64,000 bases of DNA from Ptychomitrium polyphyllum (taxonomy: Eukaryota), in NCBI GenBank assembly GCA_973851085.1, contig OZ316775.1, positions 20,646,001 through 20,710,000 on the forward strand, given 5' to 3'. The notes below the pieces were generated by a model. The model was not told where the DNA came from. It made no database searches and saw only the letters and a program-made list of their open reading frames with translations. Below are positions 23,801 through 36,090 of this stretch, one piece after another. The first letter of the stretch is position 1. The number at the start of each line of letters is the position of its first letter. A program made the position numbers and the translations under genes.

Positions 23801-26800
23801 GGATATTTAGAATGATGTACACCCAGTTCATCTTCTTGAGTTTGAATATGTAAAAAATAAAATCAATGAACTTTTTTCTCAATGAATTTGGAGCTTCTAC
23901 GCACTTTTGAATTAAGTTAGTACTATATTAACTACTGAAAAGTAGATTCTTTGACACACTACTTAAACGAGAAGGAAAAAAAAATCAGAAGCCGTTACTA
24001 GGTAAAAAGAAGTACCTGTGTAAGGACGGTTCGATAGAAGACATCGATGAATGACCAGCAACATTGGCCCATTGAGAAGAAGCTGGTCCTATTGAAGCGT
24101 TAATTGGAGTTCCAGCAATAGTTGCCATTAAAAAGGGTGCTGATCCCTGCCTAACACCAAATACTCGACTCCACTCTTCATTGAATGAAGGGTTTACTTC
24201 TCCACCTTGAGGGGTCCCACCTTGTCCGGCAGGAGCAGGGTCAGATTTCTTCTCACTCAAGGGAACCGAATATAAAGGGATACCCTCTGAGGAGCCATCA
24301 TAGTTGGAATAAAATCCGGCACCAACACCAGCTGCAAAACCAATCGCGGAGCCTTGAAGTTTTTCAGTATTCTCGGCTTCCCAATTGTGCATCCTCGTCT
24401 GCATAGTACTAGATAGGTTGCGGATGTAACCCTCCATTGCCTTCATCTTTTCTCCATCCTCACCTTCCCCTGTCAATGGCCTCTGCGAAAACTGAGATCC
24501 AGATCCAGAAACTTGCACACGTTTTGCATTATTTCTAGGTAGACCTTGAGAAACATCCATTGGACCGGTCGAAGAATAAACACCTTCTGTTTCACTTTTC
24601 TTTCTCTCCCCTCCGGTTCTCATACCACTAAGCCCAGAAAGCTCCGGAGGAGGTTGAATTGGAGCTACTCTGCGATTTTTAGTCTTCTGAATCCCTTGCT
24701 TAGTTGCAGCGGCCTTCTCCCTCTCAGTTTGCAGTAGCATCACATCACTAAGAACACGGTTAAAGACCTCCCTTGATACTGGCGGTTTCAGGCATGCTAG
24801 TAGAGAAACCTCGGAACATAAAGAAGCTGGTTCTCGCCTAAGAAATGGTAATAAAATCGGTGATAAGAACGCATATGAATCAGTAGGCTCTAGATTTGCA
24901 CTGGTGGCAGCAACAAATGTGATGGCTGCCCGTCGTACCCATTGACTTGGGTGGCACAAGAGGGGGGATGCACGCTCAACGGCTTCGAGTAGAATCCTCT
25001 TCCGCAGAAGACTATGTGTACAAAGAGCTGCGAGACATTCCGTAGCATTGACAATTACTGTTTCTTCTACATCATTAAGCGCTTGCTCTACATAAGGAAG
25101 CAAGTAAGCTTCCAAACTCATTTGTCCCACGAAAAGGCATACATGAACAATGTGTTCAAAAAATACTGCTCGTAGCTGCTCGTCACGGTCGTTGAGAAAG
25201 GCAGGCAGAATTGGCAGCAGAAAATCATTGCTGTGTTTAGATCCAAAAAATCGACACAGTGACCCCACGTGCTGGAGCAAGGCTCGCCGAATTGTAGGAG
25301 TCTGTTTTTGACCCATCACCAATTCCTGAATGACACGTGCAATTGTTTCACGTAATTGTGCGAGCTCTCCTTCTGAACGACCTGCAGTAGACCCCTGCTC
25401 AAAGGAACCAAATACAAGGCAGTCAGAACTTAGGCCTGGATTACTGAAAACAGCCAGTCTATCGTGAGGATCACCTTCGGGCAGAGAAACAGAGAAAAAG
25501 AAATTACCAATTATAGATTTGCATCCAATAAGAGGAATCGAATTGTTTTTGTCTTGTATCCAAACTATATTGATTACCACCCAAGACAAAGTATATTTAC
25601 CCCTTGTTTGGGAGAGGTCGCCTTCCTCTCCAAAAAAGATCCTTTCGCACGATGGATAGGAGAATCCAAACCTCCAATCTCATGAATCTCCTGAGAATGC
25701 ATCATGAATCTGTATGCGGTTTCAGCAATTTTGTGAATATTAGCAGCATAGGCGATGCGAACGCTCTCCTCTGGATCATCAGGTAGCATGGAGAGCAAAG
25801 GCAGTATATATTCTGGAAATATCTTTGCATCGCTTGCTGGGAAGAACTGTAGACAATGAATTGTATTGCACTTAGAAACTCCCCATCTCCAAACGAGGTC
25901 ATTTGTAGCAGCATTAAATGAAAGTAAAAGAAAATCAAAATCCTGTAGTATCATGCTTGAACCATCAAACTATTTGCAGTTACCCTACTCGACCTTGAAT
26001 CTAACAAATTCATCCAGTGTTCAACACAATCCATAAGCAACTATAGGTACCATCAACAGCGTACCAAAACAAGGAATACGGTGAATACCTGCACCAGAGA
26101 TAAAACATCACACAAAGTCTGAAGAGCGGCACATCGAACGATTGCAGCATTATCAGATAGCAGAGCGACAACATAAGGTATTACGTGCTGAAGTCGAGCG
26201 TCATCGTCTATGTACAATGAAGATTCTTTCAATAACTGTATGGTTCCTCGCCTAGCTTGGGGGAGCTTGACATTACGCAGGCAAGAGCATAAGAGAGATG
26301 CAATTAAAACCATGCCTTCACATTGCTGGGATTGATCAAGTGCCACTTGATTACTACTATTTATAACCTTCACAGGTTCTGGCATTGAATCCTGTGCTTG
26401 AAGTCCTGAAGCCATAGCCACAGCAGCTGCTTTGATACGGTAGGAAGACGTCGACGGGTTGTGCGGCCTGGCTTCACCATCCAACAGAAATCCTACTGAA
26501 TCAATAGGAGATGGTTCGTCCACAATAAAATCTCCACCATGTGAGTCTTCCTTCTTCTGAGAAGGCGACAAATCAAGCCTCCTGGGTGACACCAGATCAG
26601 CAATTCCACCACCACCACCGGTTTCCCGTGACTGTCTCCTTCGAGAGTCAGCAAGCACTTGCTTACGAATTTCTGGGAAAAAACTCTGCGTAACAGCCAC
26701 CTATTCACAGCGCACATACAAATAAGAGGAGCAGAAGGACCAACAATTCCAAAATTATTACGTGCACCAAGTCCCACAGTAGTTTTGCAAAGCCGATTCA

Positions 26801-29586
26801 ATTTAAACAGCTTGTTTGATCTACTACTCATAATGTTAAGATAGCTTCAAAATTGCTCAACTCTGCACAAAGAAAATCCAAATCTTCAGCCAAAGAGCAT
26901 ATCAATCTAAATAGCTGAAGCAAATGATTAGAACTTACTCGACTATCTGTATCCAGCGGAACAAGATACGAGAAGAAGTCGTGTAACAGAGGTGAGAAGT
27001 ATTCTGGAAATACTAAGCTCCACTTTCTTAAGTACTGATCTGCAGATGATCGCTTTTCTGGGAGGATATTGATCATATCCAGAATCATATCACGGACTCC
27101 TGCGTCTGGGATCTGTACATGCAGTCAAGATTGTAGTATTCTCTCCTTTCAGCACGATGATACATACATCTACAAAAGCAGTATGCTCTATAAACGTTCA
27201 ACTGACATGAAGTAATCTGAAACATCTAACACGAAACAGGCCTTCCAAGATAAATGTAGAGTACAATCGCACAAGATGGTAATTACAAAGCAGAAATAAG
27301 CCAAGAAAAATGCCCCCAAAATGCATACATGAAATTAATTCTCATAACCATATGAGTGCACACTTGCTACAACAAGTTGCCTCACGATAACACACCCCTT
27401 CAGCCGTGAGGCTCACCTTCTCAAGAGATGGACGAGGATCAAATTTCCCCTGGCGATATGCTAATAGCTGGGACAAATCAAACAATGCTTTACCTTCCAG
27501 GAACATCTCGCCTATCACGCACCTGATACCCAGCAAAGTACAGCCACATCTTAACATAACATGCACTTGGAACATCTACCTTGAAAGACACCCATACACC
27601 ACGTAGTTATTGACCACTGTCCACTTAAAATATTCAATATCAAACAGGCATAAATGTCAACCAAGATGAAAGAGCCAAACGGATAACTCACCCAACAGAG
27701 AAAATATCCATCGCGGGCGTCAATGCAGCGTCTGAAGTGGCAAGTGCGTCAACAGCGGGCTCATAGAACCGCTGCATCGATAGCCAGAGCTATTAGTCTT
27801 AAGTGCCCCACATTTCTTGCCTCTTTAAGAGTACAAAAGGGTCATTTTATCTGATCATATTACAATATTAATACTATCAAAAAGGCATTTGTTGAAGAAT
27901 TTACATTCAAAACATAGTGATAAACTAACGTGACCACAATTAAACCTCTCACCTTTCAACCTTATGTATATGGAATGCCGACATGGTAACGGCTATCGAC
28001 ATTCGTAAACTACAACGGCATCCTCTCACCCATTCAGACCAGATGTTCTTGGAAAGGAAAAAGGATATATCATAATATTTCTTCTCATATTCCGGCATTG
28101 TATATTACATAAAATTCGCAACACATATACCAAAGTAATAAATCTGAATACGATAAAGGAAAAAGATTCTACCTCAGGTGCTAGATAGCAACGGCGCCGA
28201 CCTCCCGTATCAAAAAAGAAGGAAAAGTCGGCAGGATTATCCGCCGGTAGTAAGGTGGGCTTTAACGACCCGTAATAGTCTGCTAGATATACCCAATTCC
28301 ATGAGGTCACCAAGACATTCTCGCATTTGATGTCACCTGCAACAGCCGCTAACTGATTACGATTAGGTATAAAAAGAATAAAGATTTTACAATCAAGAAA
28401 ACAAGAAGAATTAGTACGATGTATGCATTGATAAACAAGCAGTCAGTCTAATTTAAACCAGCATCATGTTAACCTAATGGTGTTAAGACTATGGAGAAGA
28501 ATATCAAAGCTACATACAACATGCAAGGAACAATCCACTCTGTCAATATAAACAAGAGCACTGTAAGACGAACCACAGAGGATTCAAATATCCACCCAAG
28601 TTGCGCTCTTTAATGCAAACGCTACACATGCGCAGTAAGTTGAGGACTATACCATGACAAATTCCACGTTCATGACTTTGCTTCAAAGCATGCAACAGCT
28701 GCAAAAGCCAGAGCATTTGTGAGGCTATAAGCTTTAACAGCAGCTATTAAACATTGTTAAAGCAGAAAGGTATACTTCAAATATCAGGGAGGAAACATCA
28801 CGTCAATCACCACCAAATATTCAAACTTATGAGAATGACGCTGCAAATACCTGGAAGGCGAGCCACTTCTTTTCGATTAGGCTCAAAAATGGACGAGTGC
28901 TAATACGATCATGCAAATTACTGAAGAAGTATTGTCGTAGCAGGTACGCCGCCTTGTCAGTCTCAAGCCAATGCTGTTACACGCAAGAAAAGAACAAGTC
29001 ATGAGCGTGCCCTTCACGAAGCATTGTACAAGCAGAGAAAGAAAGAATTCAGCTCTCCAAAAGATCACAAGCACGGGAATAAGAAACAACATGTAGTAAG
29101 ATCATGCAGCTAGGTTCACAAAAACAATCTAAGTTCAATTCTCAACATAAAAGTGAATCCTCACTTGGAAAGGCCAAACATGAGAATGCTCAATATCGCT
29201 CAGCCGATCCTTAATGTCACGTAGTTTCTTATCATACTCCTGCATTGGAAATTTCAAAATACACACAAGGACATTATAAAATATTTTAAAAATTTTGACC
29301 CATAAACGCAACTCAAAATACATCTTTGTGCCGCAGCCTTGCAATTGGCTCAAAAAAGAAAATCCTTGAATACACCAAGGGACAGAACCTTTAGGTCAGG
29401 AGATTCGCCCCGCTTGAAGTAGACCTTCACAAGCAGAAGCCCCTCATCGTGGACACACTGCACAGATTTGAGAAACCGGCCACCTCCTAATGCCTCCTTC
29501 AACACCAAGTTGTAGGAAGACGGCAAGTCGTGCAGATAATACTCCGACGCAGAAACTTGCGTCGTCCGGGCTAACTTGTTCCCCAT
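20868..29586 (-). CDS. VPS15: VPS15 / PI3K regulatory subunit 4 (kinase, HEAT repeats, WD40), about 16 exons
   Basis: N-terminus [22 protein letters not shown] (myristoylation-type MG). [35 protein letters not shown] region [22 protein letters not shown]40 [14 protein letters not shown]...[13 protein letters not shown]-terminus [14 protein letters not shown]. Confidence 0.96.
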
Positions 29587-31369
29587 CCTGCAATTTTGCC
29601 TTAAAACCTGCTTGGCCGCAACACAACAAACCTTCCCTCTCAGCAACCACACACCTTCTTGCCTGGCCTGTTCAACACAAAACCCCCCGTACTTCCACCG
29701 GAAGAAAGAGAATTAGGCCCGAAGCAAACCCCAATTCTCAACGACGCTGTCGCATTCTGATATTCACGTGCTTCAAACCCACTAGGAAAAATAAAAATTT
29801 GACATAGAAAACACACACGAGAATCGATCACGACAGACCACTTATTGAATCCACCTAACATCCGTAAACCCTAACTCTGCCTCACGGATTTTTTAGAATA
29901 GTCGCACCGCACTACGTATGAATTCACCTCAAAGCTTCATCTAATAACTATCCAGCATGCTAAAACCCAGAAGGGATAGTTGAACTAATTGCTGGGATGA
30001 TTCTCAGTTTCAAAAAAGACAACACCATATTGAAGGTCTAAGTTTCACAGCAAAAAGTTGCACAAGCGTACCGAGGTTGAGAAGCCCAATTCTGGAACTC
30101 AGAAGAGGAGAATCGAGGATCCGAAGGATGCACGTACATGATGATGATCGCGATTGATCAATCGAGAGTTCTTAACACTCAGGGTTTAATTGGCCGCGGT
30201 CCCTTCGTAATGTCGCGAAATCTCTCCACTTCACAAGCAACAAAAACAAGCCTTAAAACACTCTTGTCACATGAATCGATCTCTCTGGCTATCAAATCAA
30301 ATCCATAACCTAATTCAAACCCATCCAAAAGGCCATCGATCGCAATCTCAAGAAGAACAGAAACCAGAAGCGATCAGCGCTCAATTGTCCTCAAAGGGAG
30401 CTTACCAATGCATGAAAACATCATTTAACACAATACAGAAAGTTACCTCATCACTCAAACCCTACGAAGGCGGTTCATCACGAGTTCACAATCCTGCTTG
30501 CTACAACACTCATGTGGGTCCTCTCGTTTGAAACCCCGGCACCATCAAAGCACATGATGCCGTGTGATCCACTACATCATCATTCGTATGCCCTACCAAA
30601 CCTGTGGAGTAATTTACAATCCCTTAACAACTAAAATTACCAACGAGTCTAACGAAAGCAAAGCAAACAGGGAGCCCAGCAACCAAAACCTGGAGCCAGC
30701 CTCATCCTCGTCCGTCAGGTGCTGCACATTCAAAGCCGTCACTTCACCCACTGCAGATTTTATGAAGCTAAATGTAGGTTATTCTAGATAGAGTACGATT
30801 TTGGTGCAGTGACGGTTTTGGGTAGATAGCACTTCCCGGCAACGCAATGCGCAGTCGACTCGTGGGCTCCGCGAAAGAAGCACCTTCGGCTGAAACCATT
30901 GAGTGCACAGGGACACTGTGTTGGAGGATGACCCGGGTGCTTTTTCTCTGGTGCTATCATTTCCGAGAGAGTTGCGATATTTTGACGAGTCGCATAAGCC
31001 TTTACCGGTGAACTGGGTCCCAAGAGAGAAGCTATAGTTTGCAGGTTTTGGAACTAGAGGATTAAGTGGAGTTTAACCATTGAAGAGATCTCTGTAACGT
31101 TTGTGTGAAGTTCTTTTCAGCAGCCTCCTGTGCCCTAGCACGACAATATTGCTCTGTAGCAGAAATATTGCTCTGTAGCAGAAATATTGCTCAAGTAAAT
31201 TAACCAGCACTGATACTGGTGGTGCTTACACAATAGGGTTTTTGAGGAATTCTGTCTGTTTTTGTCGTCGTGAGTGTGGTGTTGCCAATGATGAGAACTT
31301 TTGTATTTGTATTTGTTTGATGTACTGCTCACAAATTCTGACTGCAATTTGAAGAGCAGTGAAATAGAG

Positions 31370-32000
31370 TCCGAAGTATCCCAGGTGATGAGAACGTGCG
31401 AGCTGTGGGAAGGAGAAGTGAACAGGGTACGGCCTCAAGCTAAAGGGGAAAAAGGTTCACAGGGGAGTTGAGACGCCACAGTATCCGGTGTTCTGTGGAA
31501 AGGAAGGGGACTCAGAGAAGTATCTGCAAAGTTTTGCAAGGGCTTGTGTGTGTAACGGAGGCAAAATCCTAGCTGACTGGGATGTTTTGGCTCGGGAGCT
31601 GATATATGAGTTCAACTCAAAACACATCCTGTCAGAGGTTGATCCGCTCGCTCATGCCGATTAAGCAATATCCAGATGAGAGTGTGTGAGGCTACACGGA
31701 GAGATTTATGGATCTGCAGAGCACCCCAGGGATAGACCAATGCATCAAACATACGTTTTCATTGGAGGTTTGCAGTCGCTTTTACATGAGTTCGTCAAGT
31801 ACAAGGACCCAAACAGGTTACATGAAGCTCTCCATGCAGTAACGGAAGAGGCAAGCTTAAAATCCTGTGTTCAGCTTCTCACTACAACGGTTTCCGCACC
31901 ACTTGTCAATCCTAGTAACCCGGTCACCAGTGATAACTCCGAGCGAGGTCCCGCAAGATGCTTTCTTTGTCCTAGCACGCAGACGAAACGAGTGACCTGA
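31370..32000 (+). mobile_element. Retrotransposon gag remnant
   Basis: YPVFCGKEGDSEKYLQSFARACVCNG (gag N-terminal type), and YVFIGGLQSLLHEFVKYKDPNRLHEALHA in ORF 31686-32000. Frameshifted. Confidence 0.6.
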
Positions 32001-32365
32001 AGCAGAATCTCTTTCAAGTTTTTGAGGCAAGAAGAGGGACACAACAACAGAAAATCGAAGCAGGCAGCTTCAGCTGAAGTGACTGCAGGCTAACAGCCGT
32101 TATGCAATCAAGAATGTCTGGCTTCGGGATTATTAGACAGCACGTCTAGAACGAAGGGTATTCAAGACAAAGAGATTGTGCGTTCTTGCATGGCGAGTGT
32201 GAGATTGTGCGTTTTGCGGTGCGACAGCTGCACCACATAGCTGTGGATGAGGTGAGTTTTTCGGAGATGATACAAGTTAGTGTGGGATCATGGTTTTGAA
32301 CTACCATTGGTCTCTGGCTTTGCTTTGCTAGGGCGCTTGTGGGTTACTCACATGGATTTTAGAAT

Positions 32366-32850
32366 GTGTTCGTGATGGTGGAGAATTTTAGTAAGTGGAT
32401 TGAACTTCATCATATTATGAAATTCTTTGGAGTTGGTAGTGAAGGACTTTGCTGATTGTGTTTTGACTTGTTTAGAGCATTTTTTGGGGTGTTGAGAAAT
32501 CAAGGGAGGAAGTTCATTGGTTTTTTTGAAGAATTATGTGCTAAGGCCCTGATTGATCATTGCATTTTCTTGAGAGATCACTTGGAAGCTAAGGCAAATG
32601 GCTTAATTAATTGTATTGTTCAAATTATCAAGTATGGTTTACAAAAGTATACTTTTCTTTGTAACATTTGTTGTATGCAAAAGAAGTTCATTTTGCTTAA
32701 TTCAATATATAAGAAGTTGGCTTCAATTGTGGACTTGGATGACCCTAATATTTGAACTTAATGTTTATATGATCAAACAAAGATCTTCAAGAGGGCCATA
32801 GCAATGGCTATGGAAAACTTATCTATTATTCAAAATTATCACGCTAAAGA
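32366..32850 (+). mobile_element. Ty3/gypsy integrase core remnant
   Basis: VFVMVENFSKWIEL, VLRNQGRKF (decayed TDQGREF, second catalytic D region), DHLEAKANGLINCIVQII (decayed HP-NG-ER), then LASIVDLDDPNI...AMAMENLSII. Confidence 0.7.
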
Positions 32851-32905
32851 AGTAATATGATAAGTAAAAGGACTCATAATTGAAAGTGCGTTTTTTTTTA
32901 TTACT

Positions 32906-33505
32906 TGTAAGACACTAATTTCTCCCAAGGATTATGATGTTTTATACTATATGCATATTTGTTATTAGGGACACAAGAAACAAAAAGCAGAAACAAAGTA
33001 TTTCTCAAGAATTAGCTTCCAAAGAGCTAATGATTTACAAACACTTGATACAAAGACTAGAACAAGGTAAAATACAAGATGATCCACAACTTGTATTGGC
33101 AAAGACTAAGAAATATCTTGTCTTGCGTCTTATTTATACTATGACGCTTGTATCTCTTATGATACTTCTAAATAAGCTTCCTACAAGGCTTAAAAATGTT
33201 CTAGAAATCTAAGGAATCTTCCTAAGAAGTTTCCTGAGGTGGTGGAACCTTCCCATGAAGTTTCCAAAGAATTGGAACCTTCTCTGGGAATTTACTGAGG
33301 TGGTGAAACTTTCTTAGAAAGTTTCTTAAGATGAAGGAACCTTCTTAAGAAGTTTCCTAATATAATAGAATTTTCCTAAGAAATTTCTTAAAAATGTACA
33401 AACAACTATGGAGACATTTGAAAGTATTATAAAAAGCTATTTATAATATACTAGAAGGTTCTAAAAGGTTCTAAAGATTATGTTACATGATCTATATCCG
33501 TGACA
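32906..33505 (-). mobile_element. Solo LTR (about 600 bp)
   Basis: The minus strand begins TGTCACGG and ends ...CTTACA (TG...CA). It contains a TATAAATAG box and an internal tandem array of about 30-bp units (GGAACCTTC...AAGTTTC) at 33210-33390. The TSD is not convincing (ttact vs tttgt). Confidence 0.6.
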
Positions 33506-36090
33506 TTTGTAGCAGAACTTATTAATCTCACTTGTGCAGTTTCTCTAAATAAGATACGTGTATTTGTAATGAGGGAGGTTTATTATACCTGATATCAAAA
33601 TAGGACACACAATTTTTGTATAAAGGATGTCTTGTCCAATAATATTTTGTGCCTTAAATGCAAAAATGATGTAAATATTGAAAGTATTTCAAAATGCCAT
33701 TAGTTTTTGTAATTATTTATTGTAAATTTAAAATTTAAATTAATACAAAGATTGACAATGAGATTTGATACCAAAAGGTATTAAAAACAAGTAAAAATAA
33801 AATTCACATTATATCCTATTTACAAATCCTTTAGATACTCTTGTCTTAGTTTTTTTGAATTTTTGATTGCCATAATATTATTGTAGCAGTTGTCTTTGAT
33901 TACATGGGCTTGTAATTTTAGTTGTTTGACAAGGCTTTATAATCAATTAAAAGAACTTATTTAAAAGAATATTTGTTATGCTTTCTTCTTTGGTTTTATT
34001 TACTATAAATTTAACAATATTTATAATACTTAATTTATTATGTATGGCAACCTTTATTTACACAACATATAAATTGTGAAAAAATTCTAAATAAGATCAA
34101 TTTTAAAGTTGTCACCTTCAAAAATGAACCATATGTTTCCAAAATGCTACTAATGCCATATTGAATTCATTATTTGTATGTATATAAATGGTTCCAATTA
34201 AACATCAACCAACACATTAAAAGATGTATTTATGAGAATGCTGTAAATATTTGAAAATTATTAATTTCGTAATTTTGGAGACATAAAATGGATTAATTTT
34301 TCAAAAATGAGCATAGATTCCATTGTACATATCTAATTCCCTATATGATAGATGTTGAAAACCTCCTTTTCTATATGTAGGCTAATAGTAATAATTTATC
34401 TTTAAAGTATTAATCTTTTAATTACATCGTCTTCAATTATTTTAGACTACATAATAAACACCTTCAAAGTTGCAATTATTGAAAAATGTGGGTATTTCTT
34501 TTATAATTTTGATGCATGGTTGTAGATAATTGAATTCTTCCTTTCTTCCTTCTAGTTAGAAGATTGAAGGTAAGTTGATTGAACTAGCAGCCAACATTAT
34601 AATATTGCTATCCACAATAGATTAAAGTAATTATTGTAGTAGGAAAATTATTTTGTATTGGTAGAAGAGCTATTTGTATGTGGTTCTAAAACAAATTATA
34701 AACTTATAGATAAAGAAACACAAATGATACAATTTTAAACTAGAATCTTTTCCAGTGTAGCCTTAGAATCACAATTTATAATGAAACTTCATGTGCACTT
34801 GACCCAAAAGTTGATCCAACAAAATTTTTAATCCATAGTTTGTAGGTAAGGGCATATGGGATGTTCATTTACACTATCTATATAATTCTATGAGAATTTG
34901 AGTTCTTTTCATCATCAAATCTAAAGTCTTGAAAAATCAGCCAAAATTTTTAGAATTCCTGTTTCTAGCAACAACAATAAGTAATTAATCTAGAGTGACA
35001 TGACATCTCTATAGTAAGCCTCCTATTCATCTTCAAATAAAAAAGCTAAGCTCTAAAGTCTTCAATCATGATAAAGTCTTAAAACAAAAAATGCTAAATT
35101 CTGAAGTGGTTGGACACTACTTGCATCTTTTGTGAAGAGATTTTGTTTGTTCCTTTCGTTTCCACACTTCATTTATTTGCATCAACTTTTATGAAACAAT
35201 AGCCCTTCTGTAGTATAACTCTTGTGAAACATTCAGCTGATTTCCAACAACATCAATAATGCTGTTGCATTGATGTTCCAGAACTTTTGCTTTGCCACTG
35301 TAGATACCTTAAACCAGTTGCATTACCGCCACCTGCGACGTGGCAGAGTTCCATGAGAACTCCATACCGCAGTTCGATAACTGCAAATTCCCACTTCGGC
35401 GTGCAGCAATGTCCTAACGCAGGTGGTGTGACGCACTGTGACATCGGAGGACCACAGCCGAACCAACACTGCAGGCTGATGCGCCACGAATGCGGGTCCT
35501 AGAAGGGGCAGCTGTCACAGAGCACGTGCGGAGATAGAAGAAACACTCGTACTGTCGTCACCCTGACCTGCGCCGGTGTATACTCGGACCAGCGGAATTT
35601 GCTGCAGCACGATGCACGACCAGCCGCAGCTGTCGATCAGGAGACTTTCTGATCGGCATTGTTAAGTCGCTGCATCGCGAGGGGAAGACCACGCGCGTGG
35701 AAGTGGACTTTGTCGTGGACTTCTAGAGCACTTCTAGCGCACTGCTAGTGCGTGAAGCAGCAGCTGCTGGATTGATACAGCGTTGGACTATTCTCTTTAC
35801 GTGCATGGAAACTGCACCTTGGGAGTTACGCCTGGACTGGCTGCCGGGAGTGCTTACTAGTATTTTAATGTTTGAGATTGCTCGCTCGGCGATCGGTGCA
35901 TTAAAAGGGGATTCATCTGATGGTTGGGATTGGTTGTGGTTGTGGATTTGGTCGATGGTACTGGAGTTTGGAGGGTGCAGTTGGTGACTGACCGTGTTGT
36001 GTGATTGATCGATCGCGTACTGTGTGGAGGAGGTGGAGTTGCAGTTTAGATTGAGAGTGGTGGGAGTGTTTTGTAGGGGAGTTGGTGGCG

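Noticed and set aside
33210..33390. Regularly spaced repeats of about 30 bp resembling a CRISPR array
   Set aside because: The units are contiguous degenerate tandem copies without unique spacers, inside an LTR in a eukaryotic genome, and no cas genes are present.
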